From: an archaeon | Lineage (GTDB): Archaea > AGJL01 > Methanococci > Methanococcales > Methanocaldococcaceae | Direction: 5' to 3' | Assembly: GCA_024278985.1 (NCBI GenBank) | Contig: JAJRSC010000010.1 | Coordinates: 1 to 20,784, forward strand | Length of the DNA stretch: 20,784 nucleotides | Part shown: piece by piece, positions 20,124 through 20,784 of the stretch | Layout of the letters: each line of letters opens with the position of its first letter | Position numbering within the stretch: position 1 is the stretch's first letter | Notes under the pieces: generated by a model | What the model saw: only the letters and a program-made list of their open reading frames with translations | Database searches by the model: none | What the model was told of the DNA's origin: nothing | Position numbers and translations under genes: made by a program

Positions 20124-20784
20124 TGATTCTTTTAACTTTTTTAGGATTAGGGAGATATGTAGATATAATATATAGGTATAAGGATAAAGAACTAACTTCA
20201 AAATATATTCAAGAGGCCTTAATAAACTTCTTTAATATTGATAGAGTTATAATTTATGCTACTCCTGAAGTTAAAGAACATGATAATCTTAAAAACTTCT
20301 TAAGAATATTAAATGAGAAAAAAATTAATTATGATATTATAGAAATTCCAAATGTTGAAAAAGAAGATGATTTATGGGTTCTCTTTAAGAAAATTTTTGA
20401 AAGTGTTCCTGAAAATGAAGAGATTATTTTAGATATAACCCACAGTTTTAGGTCTTTGCCATTTTTAGGATTTTTAATATTGCTATTTTTAAAAGAAGTT
20501 AAGAATATAAAAATAAATGGAGTTTATTATGGAGCCTTTGAAATGTCAAAAAAATTAGGTTATGCTCTTATTATAGATTTATCTAAAGCTATTGATTTAG
20601 CTAATTGGGTTTATGCTACCAAAAATTTAAAAAAATATGGAAAAGCTGATGATTTCAATGAATTAGTTGGAAAATAAATTTTTCAGAACTTTAAAAGCTT
20701 TCTCTGATTCTATCTATTATAACCATAATATCTGGACATTAATAAAAGCTGAAGAACTTAATGGACAAAAGAAAATTTTAGATA
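20123..20784 (+). pseudogene. csx1: CARF-domain CRISPR effector, Csx1/TM1812 (DxTHG-motif) family; frameshifted near 20672 as sequenced and running off the window
   Basis: LLTFLG...Y, LDITHSFRSLP, VYYGAFE and IIDLS...L..W motifs. The ATG overlaps the csm5 stop (TAATG). TAA at 20675-20677, but the +1 frame is open from 20673 to the window end (NKFFRTLKAFSDSIYYNHNIWTLIKAEELNGQKKILD). Confidence 0.8.

Noticed and set aside
20675-20707. In-frame readthrough of the csx1 TAA, or Sec at TGA 20705
   Set aside because: The same frame closes again after 9 codons with no Cys-like context, whereas the +1 frame stays open and looks protein-like.
1-20784. Global reassignment of TAA/TAG to an amino acid
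   Set aside because: All complete genes here end at TAA or TAG at their expected lengths.
14029-20784. CRISPR array or mini-array near the cas genes
   Set aside because: The intergenic gaps are 100 bp or less and I saw no repeat-spacer periodicity or GAAA(C/G)-ending repeats.

Overview
AT-rich archaeal DNA from a Methanocaldococcus-like methanogen (Methanococcales). Left: the 3' end of an ABC substrate-binding protein gene, a single-TRAM protein, a small TPR-like protein, pheS, surE and cimA. Middle: a selenoprotein operon hdrA-vhuD-vhuG-vhuA-vhuU-vhuB with four in-frame UGA (Sec) codons. The ORF track misses vhuD and vhuU and splits hdrA. Two canonical archaeal SECIS hairpins follow vhuD and vhuU, but none follows hdrA, which instead has a K-turn-like hairpin in its 3' spacer and a GC-rich structured patch at its UGA. 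Right: thrS, a Clp1/Grc3-family RNA kinase, and a divergently transcribed type III-A CRISPR effector operon (cas10-csm2-csm3-csm4-csm5-csx1) with no array in the window. Three genes (vhuA, clp1, csm3) each carry one in-frame TAA/TAG that is a single G>T change from a Glu codon, and csx1 is frameshifted. These could be assembly errors, real decay, or (least likely) recoding. All family calls come from motif recognition and recalled homologues; no searches were run.
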